This document shows, piece by piece, positions 10,100-20,734 of a DNA stretch of 35,316 nucleotides. Every line of letters begins with the position of its first letter. The first letter of the stretch is position 1. The notes beneath the pieces were generated by a model. That model did not search any database, had not been told where the DNA came from, and saw only the letters and a program-made list of their open reading frames with translations. Both the position numbers and the translations under genes were made by a program. Origin of the DNA: Octopus bimaculoides (lineage: Eukaryota); contig NC_069001.1 in NCBI RefSeq assembly GCF_001194135.2, positions 32,768,217-32,803,532 of the forward strand, written 5' to 3'.

Positions 10100-10570
10100 T
10101 GGAAAGTAGCAAGCTGGCAGAAATGTTAGCATGCCAGGCAAAATGCTTAGTGGTATTTCATTTGTCTAAGGCGGCGAGCTGGCAGAAATGTTAGCACACC
10201 GGGCGAACTGCTTAGCGGTATTTCGTCTGCCACTGCATTCTGAGTTCAAATTCTGCCGAGGTCGACTTTGCCTTTCATCCTTTCGGGGTCGATAAATTAA
10301 GTACCAGTTACGCACTGGGGTCGATATAATCGACTTAATCCGTTTGTCTGTTCTTGTTTGTCCCCTCTGTGTGTAGCCCCTTGTGGGCAGTAAAGAAATA
10401 GGTATTTCATTTGTCTTTACGTTCTGAGTTCAAATTGCGCTGAGGTTGACTTTGTCTTTCATCCTTTCGGGGTCAATAAATTAAGCACCAGTTGCATTCT
10501 GGGGACAATCTCATCGACTGCCCCCCCTCCCGCAAAATTTCGGGCCTTGTGCCTAGAGTAGAAAAGAATT
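10100..10570 (+). mobile_element. tRNA-derived SINE (family D, 'gcctttcatcctttcggggtcgataa' body), interrupted by a nested SINE
   Basis: Head 10106-10167 resumes at 10417 with B-box-like gagttcaaatt and the conserved body. Confidence 0.85.
10168..10400 (+). mobile_element. Young family D-related SINE with a 16-bp TSD
   Basis: GGTATTTCATTTGTCT at 10152-10167 and 10401-10416; CpGs retained. Confidence 0.9.
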
Positions 10571-11039
10571 TATTAGTTGATGGCTAACATATTTTTTTGA
10601 GATCTTAGATTATCAGCCATGTGCCCTGTACATCACATATAAGGTGCATTGAAATATATACATATTTCAAAAATAAAACCAAAAAATGTGTATCACCCTG
10701 GCCCCACTGTACTATCCACTGGACAGCCAAAGCAATTAATTATCAATATGAAGCTGAAAGGCATGATTTTTTAAAAAAATGTCCCAGCTAACATTTAGCC
10801 TAATTCAATATTAATCTAAAGCATTTGTAATTAGTGACTACTTTCCAAAGTACTGAAGTATTGTAATAGAATACTTAATGTTAACTCAGATATAAATTTC
10901 TCGTTACCTTCCAATAATGAATATTATCAATCAGGATAATTTCAGAGATTCGTCAGTTTTTATATTTATGTTGAGTTGTGACCATGAAGAAATTACTGAA
11001 TGGCTAAAAAAACTGGGGGTTTTTTTTCTTCTGCAAAAT

Positions 11040-11520
11040 TGGGTGATGGCCTCACTAGTGCTAGGGGCACAAAAAGAAAACCGAGTACACGCTGTGAAGT
11101 AGACTTTAGGAAGAGTATTCAGCTGTAGAAACCATGCTATAGCCGAGACTGGAGGATGATGCAGTCCTTGGGCCTACCAGATCTTGTCAACCCATCCAAG
11201 CCATTCCAGCTTAGAAAACAGACATTAAGTACTGCTGCTGCTGCTGTGCAAGATTCCTGTGCTGGTTCCACATAAGATGCACTTGTGCTTGCGCTGTGTG
11301 TAAAAGCACTCTTGCCAGTGTCATGTTAAAAGCACCCATCACATGCGATAAAGTGGTTGGCATTAGGAAGGGCATCCAGCCATAGAAACCAAGCCAAATC
11401 AGACTGGAACCTGGTGCAGCTCTCTGGTTTGCCAGCTCTGGTCAAACCATCCAACCCATGCCAGCATGGAAAACTGACGTTAAATGATGATGATGGTAGT
11501 GGCGGTGGTGATGATGATGA
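11040..11520 (+). mobile_element. Two adjacent family C (GAT)n-tailed retroposons
   Basis: aggaagggcatccagc…aacccatgccagcatggaaaactgacgttaaatgatgatgat, plus a more decayed copy at 11040-11245. Confidence 0.75.
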
Positions 11521-11981
11521 TTTTGTTCTTCCTTTGACATGCCCTGCTGCTGTCATGAACATGGGGAAGAAACATTTCAGTGTCTTGGCACACAGAACAT
11601 GAAGCCAAACAAGCTGTCCATTCATGTGTTGCTAGTTACCCACAGCCTTCCTCATTGAAGAAACTGCTGTCTAACATCAAAGTTTACATAACAGAACAGG
11701 ACAGAACATTCTCTGCTAACCTAGTTATCAATGTCATTTCGTGTAACAAAGCATTGATTTAATTGAAATTTAAACTCGCCTCTCATCTGATTCTAGCCAA
11801 ACATGTCAGACTTAGCAGCAGCTGTTACCTGAAATGTCAATAACCTACACATCTGGTAATTAAAGATCACAGGAAGGGCAAAAGTGCTGAGGCCGCAAAG
11901 TCTGAACATTAGCTCTGGAGTATAGAAAATCTAAGACTTTTTATTTCTATCGAAGCTGATATCAATTAATATAGGAACACA

Positions 11982-12385
11982 TCTTTTATCTTTAGTCTTT
12001 TATCTTTCACTTGTTTTAGTCATTGGACTGCGGTCATGCTGGAGCATTGCCTTAAAGAGTCTTTTAATCAAACAAATCAGCCCCAGTACTTAATTAAGAC
12101 TGGTGCTTATTCTGTTGGTGTATTTTGCCAAACCACTAATTTGCAGGGATGTAAACAAACCTGCACCAGTTGTCAGGTGGTGGGGAGAAACACAAAGCTA
12201 CACACATGCACACACATATACATGCATACACAGGCTTCCACACAGTTTCCACCTACCAAATTTACTCACAAGGCATTGTTTGGCCCAGGGCTATAATAGA
12301 AGACACTTGCCCAAGATGTCATGCAGTGGGATTGAACCCAGAACTACATGACTGCAAGGGAGCTTTTTAATGTCATAGCCATGAC
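11982..12385 (-). mobile_element. Composite SINE (family A head + microsatellite + family B tail)
   Basis: Tail at 11982-12200 and head at 12230-12385, in reverse orientation. Confidence 0.75.
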
Positions 12386-12409
12386 TATGAAGAGCAATTT
12401 ATCTTTTAT

Positions 12410-12625
12410 CCTATATCTTTTACTGGTTTCAGCCAGAGGCTGAGGCCATGCTGGAGTATTCCAGTGGGTTTCAGTTTCTGTTCTGTACTGTTTCTGGTGA
12501 AGAAGTGAGTTGGATAGAGCTACTCTTCTTTGTAACTCCTGCTGCAATGTGGGTTCATCTGGTATCTCAGATAAAAAACTTGTTCAGACACTCTTTGAAA
12601 ACCTCCATATCTACACCGCTATAGA
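12410..12625 (-). mobile_element. CR1/Jockey-group LINE 3' end
   Basis: SGVDMEVFKECLNKF/LSEIPDEPTLQQELQRRVALSNSLLHQ with one frameshift, matching the FKxxLDxFLxxIPDEP…SNSL C-terminus of CR1-like ORF2, followed by a tail. Confidence 0.7.
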
Positions 12626-12702
12626 ACTTCATTTTCATGTATCTGCTGCTACAAAAATTTTGAGCAGCAAAACATGAAATTTCAAAAATCATTTAAATCT
12701 CA

Positions 12703-12930
12703 TCATCATCATCATCATCATTTAAGATCCCCTTTTCTATGTTTGCAAGAGTCAGAGAGAATTCGTTGAGGCAGATTTTCTATGGCCAACTGTCCTTCCG
12801 GTCAGCAAACCTCTCCTACTTCCAAGTAAGGTAATATTTTCCCTGTGGCCAGACACATTTTTCAGAGAAGACTAGAAATAAACAACCTCGCTTGTATGTT
12901 GGTGATGCTCATTTACAACCATACTGTAAT
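12703..12930 (-). mobile_element. (GAT)n-tailed retroposon variant, degenerate
   Basis: (CAT)n tttaag…ttttctatggccaactgtccttcc, resembling family C. Confidence 0.45.
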
Positions 12931-13259
12931 GTCTACACTCGGATACACAAATGTAAGATAAGAAATAGAATTATACAATGGGCAAAAGCCTTTTGGCTAA
13001 ACAACAAAAGGAAAATAATTATACAATTACAACAAAAATAAAACAAAACAAACAGGGTCTTTCAACTATCAGATGAGTATAGTAAGTTAGCGCAAGGAAA
13101 AAGGAAATGGAAAAATCTTAACTGACCGGGTGGCAAGACAGAACAGAACAGATGTGACTGACCTCAAGGGCGGTCAGCTGAAAAAGGATGACAATGCCTA
13201 AACTGGACAGCGATCACATGGTAGGAGAGTCTAGGAGTTGAAGAGGGCAGAGGGACTAA

Positions 13260-13590
13260 GGAATAGGAGAGGGAGGAAAGAAATCAGAAGAATGAAAGAA
13301 TGAGAGGAAGAGAGAGAGAGAAACCAGGTTCAAGAGAGGTAAGTGAGGAAGGAAAGGAAAAGAGATTGAAAGATAAGAGGGAGGGGGGGAAAGGGATTAA
13401 GGAATATGAGAGAGGGAGAATGAAATCAGAAGGACAGGGGAACAAGGGAGAGAGAGAGAGAGAAGGAAGAACTAAGGGAGAAATGCAGGGACGAGAGGGT
13501 GAGAGAGACAGAGAAAGAAAGGGAGAAAAAGAGAGACAGAGAGAAAGTGGAAGAAGGGAAAAGGGGAGAAAGGCGACGAAAAGGGGCTGA
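13260..13590. repeat. GA-rich polypurine tract
   Basis: Direct inspection. Confidence 0.9.
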
Positions 13591-13689
13591 GAGTTGTACA
13601 TAATATTCAAGGGTATCTTTTTATGTGTGTGTGTGTGTATGTATCAGAGTTTCTTATTCTTCCAGTCTGTATCCTGCTTAGTTGAGGGG

Positions 13690-13915
13690 TCTTATCTTGC
13701 AGGTATTTGGTGACCTCACTGGTGCTGGTGCCATGTTAAAGGCACACAGTACACTCTGTTAAGTGGTTGGTACCAGGAAAGGCATCCAGCTGTAGAAATC
13801 ATGCCAAGGTAAACACAGAACCTGGCAGAATCTTTTGGCTCATCTGTACTTGTTGAACCGTCCAACCCATGCCAGCATGGAAAAAAGCATGTTAAATGAT
13901 GAGGATGATGATGAT
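13690..13915 (+). mobile_element. Family C retroposon
   Basis: ggtgacctcactggtgctggtgcc…aggaaaggcatccagctgtagaa…aacccatgccagcatggaa…gttaaatgatgaggatgatgat. Confidence 0.75.
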
Positions 13916-14317
13916 ATATATATATAAACAGCTGCTTTTAGGTTCTCCCTACCAAATCCGCACACAATGTTTTGGACAACAATCAGTAAATATAAATTTC
14001 TGCTATATTTTCATATCAGAACCATTTCCCCCCTCTTTAAAACTGTACTACAAAACAAAATACATCCAATAAATAAATAAATAAATAAAATATATGAAGC
14101 TATTATTTAACTAAAAGCCTTCAAATTATATATGACATTATAAGCAACAATTTGTGACAGAAAAAAGCAACAGTTTAACTATTGCCTATTTAAAAGCTGA
14201 GAAAAAATAATCATCCTGATGGCCACCATATTTACTCCAGTACAATGTGATCTCGCATATAAGGCAGCCTCTGTATTTTGCACATAGAAATCAGTAATGA
14301 TATGTGTTTTTAGTGTG

Positions 14318-14425
14318 AAGGTGTGTGGCTTAGTGGTTAAAATGTTTGGCTCCTGATCATAAGGTTGTGAGTTCGATAACTGGTGGTACATTGTATCCTT
14401 GAGCAAGATACTTTATTTCACATTA
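14318..14425 (+). mobile_element. tRNA-derived SINE head (family E), truncated
   Basis: A-box-like tggcttagtgg, B-box-like gagttcgataac, core-like ccttgagcaagatactttatttcac. Confidence 0.6.
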
Positions 14426-15009
14426 AAGTTTGTCCTTGAGTCAATATTTTGAAGAAACTTCTCTGCATTTGTTTAACAAGACACAATTAGAATAATTATT
14501 GCTAAGTAAAATTCTCTCATTTTATGTTGGAGAGAGTTGGGGGGTTTAGGTTACCACTGGGAAACTTGCAAAGTTGGGGAACCTTAACTGAGAGCTCTTG
14601 GAAAAAGCCTTGATTTTGAATACACACACAAGTTTCTTCCCAAATGAATTGTAAAACTTAGGAGGTAAGAGATTTTTGTTTGAAATATTATCATGAAGGT
14701 TTAAAAATAAAAAGCTACTCTTGTAAAAATATATAATAAAAAGCATCGAAATGACTTTGAGTTTCAAAAAAAAATTGTTAATGTATTTTTAGCTGTAACC
14801 TGTACATTTTAATAGCAGCAATCTGTAAATCTGTCTGAAAAAAAAAACCTCACAATAATCAATAAACTTTAACTTTTGACCAATGCAATTAATTCTCTCC
14901 AGTATGTTATTGAATTTGTATAATGTGAAGCTGATGTGCAGTTTGGAATTTAATTTGAAATTGAAACCAACTGAAACAGTGAAAAGATTTTGAAATGATT
15001 TCTTTTGGT

Positions 15010-15180
15010 GCAGGTATGGTTGTGTGGTTAAGAAGTTTCATGTAGCAATCATGTAGCAATTATATGGGTTCAGTCCCACTGTGTGCTTGTGTGGTACTTT
15101 GGGTACTATACTTTTACTATAGACCTGGGTTGACAATACCTTGTGAGTGAATATAATTGATGGGAGCTGTCTGAATGGAC
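15010..15180 (+). mobile_element. SINE family A head, degenerate
   Basis: ggttgtgtggttaagaag…gggttcagtcccactg…cttttactatagacctgggttgac…ccttgtgagtg. Confidence 0.7.
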
Positions 15181-15209
15181 ATTGTAATATATGTGTGTGT
15201 GTATATATC

Positions 15210-15251
<42 letters not shown>

Positions 15252-15255
15252 TGTA

Positions 15256-15400
15256 GGCGTTAGGAAGGGCATCCAGCTGTAGAAACTCTGCCAAATCAGA
15301 TTGGAGCCTGGTGTAGCCATCGGGTTTCACCAGTCCTCAGTCAGATTGTCCAACCCATGCTAGCATGGAAAGCGGATGTTAAACGATGATGATGATGATG
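15256..15400 (+). mobile_element. Family C retroposon 3' part
   Basis: ggcgttaggaagggcatccagctgtagaaactctgccaaatcagattggagcc…gttaaacgatgatgat. Confidence 0.9.
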
Positions 15401-15419
15401 TATGTATGTATGTATGTAT

Positions 15420-15695
15420 ATAAGGATAAAGACCCCCTTCTGTCATGAACGACAATGGGATTGCACCTTTGTGGCACAAGAATGGGCAAGGTTGTTTATA
15501 GGAGACCAGCAGTCACCTATTCAAACCAGCCTCCCCTCTTCATGCCACTGATGTCATCTAAGGGAAAGCAATAACCAATACAGCACGGCACCAGTGACAT
15601 CACAACTCATTTCTACAGCTGAGTGAACTGGAGCAACGTGAAATGAAGTGTCTTGCTCAAGAACACAACACACAACCCAGTCCTGGTCACCCGAC
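15420..15695 (-). mobile_element. SINE family E body
   Basis: Reverse complement contains cttgagcaagacacttcatttcac, shared with 14318-14425. Confidence 0.55.
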
Positions 15696-15800
15696 ATATA
15701 TGTATGTATGTTGGAATTTAGAAAAAGCCAAAACAAAAGACGAAGATGAGTGTGTAAACAACAAACAGATGTATTAGTTTAATGCTCAGGAAGTAAGAAA

Positions 15801-15840
15801 GTCTTTTACGTTTCGAGTCTATGCTCTTCAACAGAAAAGA
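15801..15840 (-). ncRNA. Degenerate minimal type I hammerhead-ribozyme-like motif, within a putative Penelope-type terminal repeat (about 15700-15905)
   Basis: Minus strand TCTTTT CTGTTGA A GAG-CATAGA-CTC GAAA CG TA AAAGA. Confidence 0.5.
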
Positions 15841-16289
15841 ACACAAAAATAAGTAGAGAGAGAAAATAAAAAAAGGTTTAGTGGTTAGCGATCAATCATG
15901 GCGAAAGTATGTATGTATGTGTATATACATACATGCATATTTACAGTATACTACCAACAAATAACAACTAAGGATTGTTTTATCATACTTTGAGCTTCAC
16001 ACTAAGTACCCAACTATTCCTGGCATCCTATTTGTTGATATGCCTAGATTCTGACAAATCCTGTAACTGATCTCTCTCTCTTATATATGTATATATAAAG
16101 AGAGAGAGAGAGAGAGATTGAAATAGCAATACAGATAAACATAGGCTTGATATTGATATATATTACAAAAAATGATGAATATTACATTGATCTTATGTAG
16201 TAAACTATGTAGTTTTTGTGTTATCCTTGTGAATATTTGTGTGTGTATGTGTGAGTGAGTGTGAGAGTGCATGTGTGAGTGTGAGAGTG

Positions 16290-16435
16290 TGTGTGTGTGT
16301 TTGTCCCACTACTATTCAAGAACCAGTTTTGGTTTGTTTACATCCTCATGACCTAGCAGTTTGGTACAAAGTAACTGATAGACTAGGCACTTGACTTAAA
16401 ATAAACACTGGGGTCAATTTGTTTGATTAATCCCT
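16290..16435 (+). mobile_element. SINE family B tail, degenerate
   Basis: tttgtcccact…gtttacatcctcatgacctagcagtttgg…ctggggtcaatttgtttga. Confidence 0.6.
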
Positions 16436-16454
16436 GTTAATTTTATTTTTCAAA

Positions 16455-16741
16455 TCTGGTACTTATTCTTTTGGTCTCTTTTTGCTGGACAGCTATGTTA
16501 TGGGGGGGGGGGACAGTAAACAAACCAACACTGGTTATCAAGTGGTGGAGGACACAAATACACACACACACATGCATATGCAACAGGGATTCCTCACATT
16601 TTCCATCCACCAAATTCACTTTCAAGACATTGTTCCTGGCTGGGACTTTAGCAGAAGACCCTTGGTCATGATGCTGTGTTGTGAGACAGAACTTGGAAAC
16701 ACATGGTTGCAAGGCAAGCTTCTTAGCCACACAGCTATGCC
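16455..16741 (-). mobile_element. Composite SINE (A head + microsatellite + partial B tail)
   Basis: Reverse-complement similarity to both modules. Confidence 0.7.
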
Positions 16742-16859
16742 TAATTATGTGAAGGTGATGATTCATTCCCTCCCTGGACAACAGGAGTTCTACATAAGGT
16801 GATCAGACAGGCTTACATTGGAGTGATTCACTTTGACGTATGGTCACCCAATCATACTT

Positions 16860-16895
16860 TCAGATAGACATCATCATATCACCATCATCATCATC

Positions 16896-16926
<31 letters not shown>

Positions 16927-17225
16927 CTTTTACCATCACTACTGCTATCATCATCATCACCACCATCATCATCATCACCATCACCACCACCATTACCATC
17001 ACCATCTACATCATCATCATCATCATCATCATCTTCATTCACATCCTTGTCGTTGTCGTCGTCCTCCTTCTCCTCCTCCTCCTCCTACTACTACTCTCCT
17101 CCTCTGCCTCCTCCCTAGTGTCACCACTGCTGTCACTGCCGCCATCACCGCTGTCACCATCATTGCCACCACCACCACCGCCGCCGCCACCACCACCACC
17201 ACACCACCAACACCACCATCTTCAT
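16860..17225. repeat. (CAT)n/(CTC)n/(CAC)n trinucleotide mosaic
   Basis: Direct inspection; source of the poly-I/S/D/P ORFs. Confidence 0.95.
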
Positions 17226-17362
17226 CATCGTTGTCATCTCCACACCCCTTCATCTACAGATGCAACATCCCTGCATATCTCACGTCTATTTTCATTCCTC
17301 CACTTCACTCTCTATTTCATATCTTATCTAAAATAAGTATTGCTTAACCATTTTCTCACACC

Positions 17363-17410
17363 GTCTCCGATGAAGGGATATATAAAATATCTCAGAAACA
17401 GCTGTTAGAC
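17363..17410 (+). ncRNA. Degenerate minimal type I hammerhead-ribozyme-like motif
   Basis: GTCT CCGATGA A GGGATAT-ATAAA-ATATCTC A GAAA CAGCTG TT AGAC: stem I, core, 7-bp stem II, palindromic stem III, NUH. Confidence 0.55.
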
Positions 17411-17659
17411 CTTCTATTTATACATGTTCTAAAATCTTTCACAGCCTTGGATTTTTATCTCATTCTGAAAATTTTTTTATATATACACATGCTGATATAT
17501 GACCTACGTTGGACTCCTCATTTGCATAATCACTGAACCCGGAGCTTAACTATGGTCTGTCCATAGCACTTACTCAGCATTACCTGACACCTTTGGGTCT
17601 TATTCATGCCATTACCTTTCATAACCTCTATGTATGCATGTATGTATGTATGTATGTAT

Positions 17660-17820
17660 GTGTATGATGGGTTTCTTTTGGTTCATGTCAACCAAATCCA
17701 CTCACAAGGCTGTGATCAGCCTGGGGCTATAGTAGAAGAGATTTTGCCCCAGTTGCTTTGCAGTGGGACTGAACCTGAAACCCATATGAGCTGGGAACCA
17801 AATTTCTTAGTCACACAGCT
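17660..17820 (-). mobile_element. SINE family A head
   Basis: accaaatccactcacaaggc…ggctatagtagaagag…cagtgggactgaacctgaaacc. Confidence 0.8.
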
Positions 17821-18482
17821 ACAAGATAATGTCCCAGTCAAAACCCCACTGCCCTATATACCCCATTTCAATAAATGATTAGACTATTGTCATTAGTTTT
17901 TAATTAGCCCACAGGTGGTAGAATGGCAGAGAGTGGTGAATGGTGGTAGTGGAGGTGATGGTAGTTGAGGATGGTGGTAGTGGTGGATGGTGATGATAGT
18001 GGTGGTGTTTAATTGGTCAAGCTAGGAAACGATACAACATTAAGTGAACCATGACGAGGATGCAAAGACACTTAGGCCATTTTAGAGGGAGAAATAGCTT
18101 TTTATTTGGTGTGTGTCCGATCATTGTGAATATCTGAGTGTGCATGTGTGTCTGTCTGTCTGCCTGTCTGTGTGTTGTAATTAGATAACTTAAATGCTTG
18201 ACAATGGTTTGTGTTTGTACATCTTTGAATTCAGTTATAATTGTGTCACTGAACAAATGTCTATCGTTGCGTATATATCTGTATGCATGTCTATACATGT
18301 CACCCTCTTTTGTTGCCTCGCTAAATACATGCACACACACAGAGACACACATGCCTGTATACGTACATATATCTATATATATACTTATATATATATGTGT
18401 GTGTATGTTAGTCTAGTGTACTTTAAAGAACTCTCTCACACACACACATTATATATTTATGTATATACATGTGTGTATGTAT

Positions 18483-18663
18483 ATCATCATCATCGTTTAA
18501 CGTCCGCTTTCCATGCTAGCTTGGGTTGGACGATTTGACTGAGGACTTGTGAAACCGGATGGCAACACCAGGCTCCAATCTAATTTGGCAGAGTTTCTAC
18601 AGCTGGATGCCCTTCCTAACGCCAACCACTCAGAGAGTGTAGTGGGTGCTTTTACGTGTCACC
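18483..18663 (-). mobile_element. Family C retroposon 3' part, young
   Basis: (CAT)n cgtttaacgtccgctttccatgctagc…ctacagctggatgcccttcctaacgcc. Confidence 0.9.
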
Positions 18664-18744
18664 GCACATATACATATATATGTATATATGTATGTATGTG
18701 TGTATATATATGTATGTGTATGTATGCATATATATACATATTTA

Positions 18745-18802
<58 letters not shown>

Positions 18803-19179
18803 TGTATATATATATATATATATATATTTCTATATTTCTCATACTCGGTTATAATGTCTTACGTTTAAACTGGTTCCAATACATTTCCCTGAGGAGAAGT
18901 TTACATTTTTAACATCGCCGATTCCTATGGATCGCATAAATTGTAATTCTTCGAAAAATATGTCGGAATAAAAGTATGCAGTTATAACATGCGTTTACTC
19001 CATTCTTTAAATTTATATATACTCAAATACCCAAAATATCAAGGAGTTTCTGCCTCACAAACAGGAGTTACACCACAGTTATTTTGTGATCTTTGCTACC
19101 CTGGTATCTATTAACCCATTTATTTTATCCGAATTATTTTTAATAGAAGAAAATAAATACATATAATTAAATATATATA

Positions 19180-19406
19180 TCATCATCATCATCATCATCA
19201 TCATCGTCATTTAACGTCCGCTTTCCATGCTAGCATGGGTTGGACGATTTGACTGAGGACTGGTGAAACCGGATGGCAACACCAGGCTCCAATCTAATTT
19301 GGCAGAGTTTCTACAGCTGGATGCCCTTCCTAACGCCAACCACTCAGAGAGTGTAGTGGGTGCTTTTACGTGTCACCTGCACGAAAACGGCCACGCTCGA
19401 AATGGT
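19180..19406 (-). mobile_element. Family C retroposon 3' part, near-identical to 18483-18663
   Basis: 166/168 identical over 18496-18663 vs 19210-19377; truncated by a gap. Confidence 0.9.
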
Positions 19407-19465
19407 NNNNNNNNNNNNNNNNNNNNNNNNNNNNNNNNNNNNNNNNNNNNNNNNNNNNNNNNNNN
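19407..19465. other. Assembly gap
   Basis: N run. Confidence 1.
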
Positions 19466-19472
19466 ATATATA

Positions 19473-19504
<32 letters not shown>

Positions 19505-19659
19505 GGTACATGTGTGTGTATGTGCATATGTATATAGATGTGTGTGTGTGCATGTGTGAGCGTGTGTGTATTTTATTTGTTAGGCCTGAAAGGAAGTCAG
19601 GAAATACCCTGGATTTTTGCAGGTGCTCTGAGAACAGTGATATTGATGCTGTCACTAAG

Positions 19660-19945
19660 AATGTGTCAAGGCTGAAAAGAAAAAATGAAGCTAGCATGCT
19701 TCACTGGATGTGTAATGAACTGAGCATAAAACTAGGTGTAAGAGGAATCAGATGCTCTTATGTAAGAGAGGAGGCTGTACTAGTACAGACCTGCAATAAA
19801 GAAGTGCCTTGAGGTCCATGTGGAAGAAAAATCAATGGAGACGTGGACAGATGTGGTGAATGCTGACCCAAGGATGGTGAACCTTATAAAAGAGATGATG
19901 ACTAATAGTCAGAAGAGGAGAAATATTGTATTGGAGAAGACATGG
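19660..19945 (+). mobile_element. RTE-type LINE ORF 3' end remnant
   Basis: RLKRKNEASMLHWMCN…KLGVRGIRC and ETWTDVVNADPRMVNLIKEM…VLEKT resemble the RTE C-terminus (ExxMLRWM…LGI…KTWxxVVxxDL). Confidence 0.6.
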
Positions 19946-20148
19946 CCTATGCATGCATATACAGGTTTTCTCTCAGAGTTTCCCTCTCCTAGAGAGATGT
20001 TGTGACAACAAGAGAAGGTCCTCCTCTCCTTCCCAGTGGGCCAACCGTGCACCTTGACACCAACCCAGGTATTTCCATGTTTCCACACATGCATACATGC
20101 ATACATACACATGTACACATATTGTTGGATGGCTGTTGACTACTCATG

Positions 20149-20369
20149 AGCTCTTCCGCACTTTCACAGGTCTTATTTTTCATCCTGCAGGGAAGCTCTG
20201 TCAGGTCGCCCTTGGATGATATTGGTAACATGTAACCCAGTACAACCTGTTGCATGGTTGGGTCATCGGTGACTAAACTGGCAACCCCATCGAGCTTGCT
20301 TGGTGAGGAGGGTGATTGTCGGACACCCTGCAGGACGAAAAATAAGACCTGTCAAAGGGCAGAAGAGCT
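20149..20369. mobile_element. MITE-like foldback with 44-bp terminal inverted repeats
   Basis: 20149-20192 vs the reverse complement of 20326-20369: 40/44 identical. No clear TSD. Confidence 0.65.
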
Positions 20370-20734
20370 ATATATATATAAGTACTAGGCTTACAAAGAA
20401 TAAGTCCTGGGGTCAATTAGTGCGACTAAAAACACCACAATTATTTAATTCATCCATGAAAAACCACAATTGTGGTTTTTTCTCTAAATTTTATATTTAT
20501 ATTATATATATATTTTTTTCTTTTTTTTTTCTATAGTTTCAGCTGAGAGCTGCGCCCATGCTGATGCACCACTGTGAAATTTAATTTAATTTTGATAAAT
20601 TAAATTGAATTTTTCCCTAATATTATTATTATTATATATATATATATATATATTTATTATGTATATATATCTATATATTTAGATAAAAATAGTTATGGCC
20701 AGGCTATGGGGTTACCCGGAGTTTCATGTCCATA

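Noticed and set aside
11829-11914. 86-nt minus-strand exon candidate (also a 35-nt candidate at 14800-14834)
   Set aside because: Splice signals are plausible, but such matches are expected by chance in 35 kb of AT-rich DNA and the peptides are unrecognised
14318-14425. Functional tRNA gene (also the B-box-like site near 31520-31535)
   Set aside because: A/B-box-like motifs continue into SINE core sequence; no complete cloverleaf or Pol III terminator is evident
16755-16798. VMIHSLPGQQEFYIR as the next SH2 exon (FYIR resembling FLVR)
   Set aside because: Weak acceptor and no resemblance to the alphaA helix (EAExLL)
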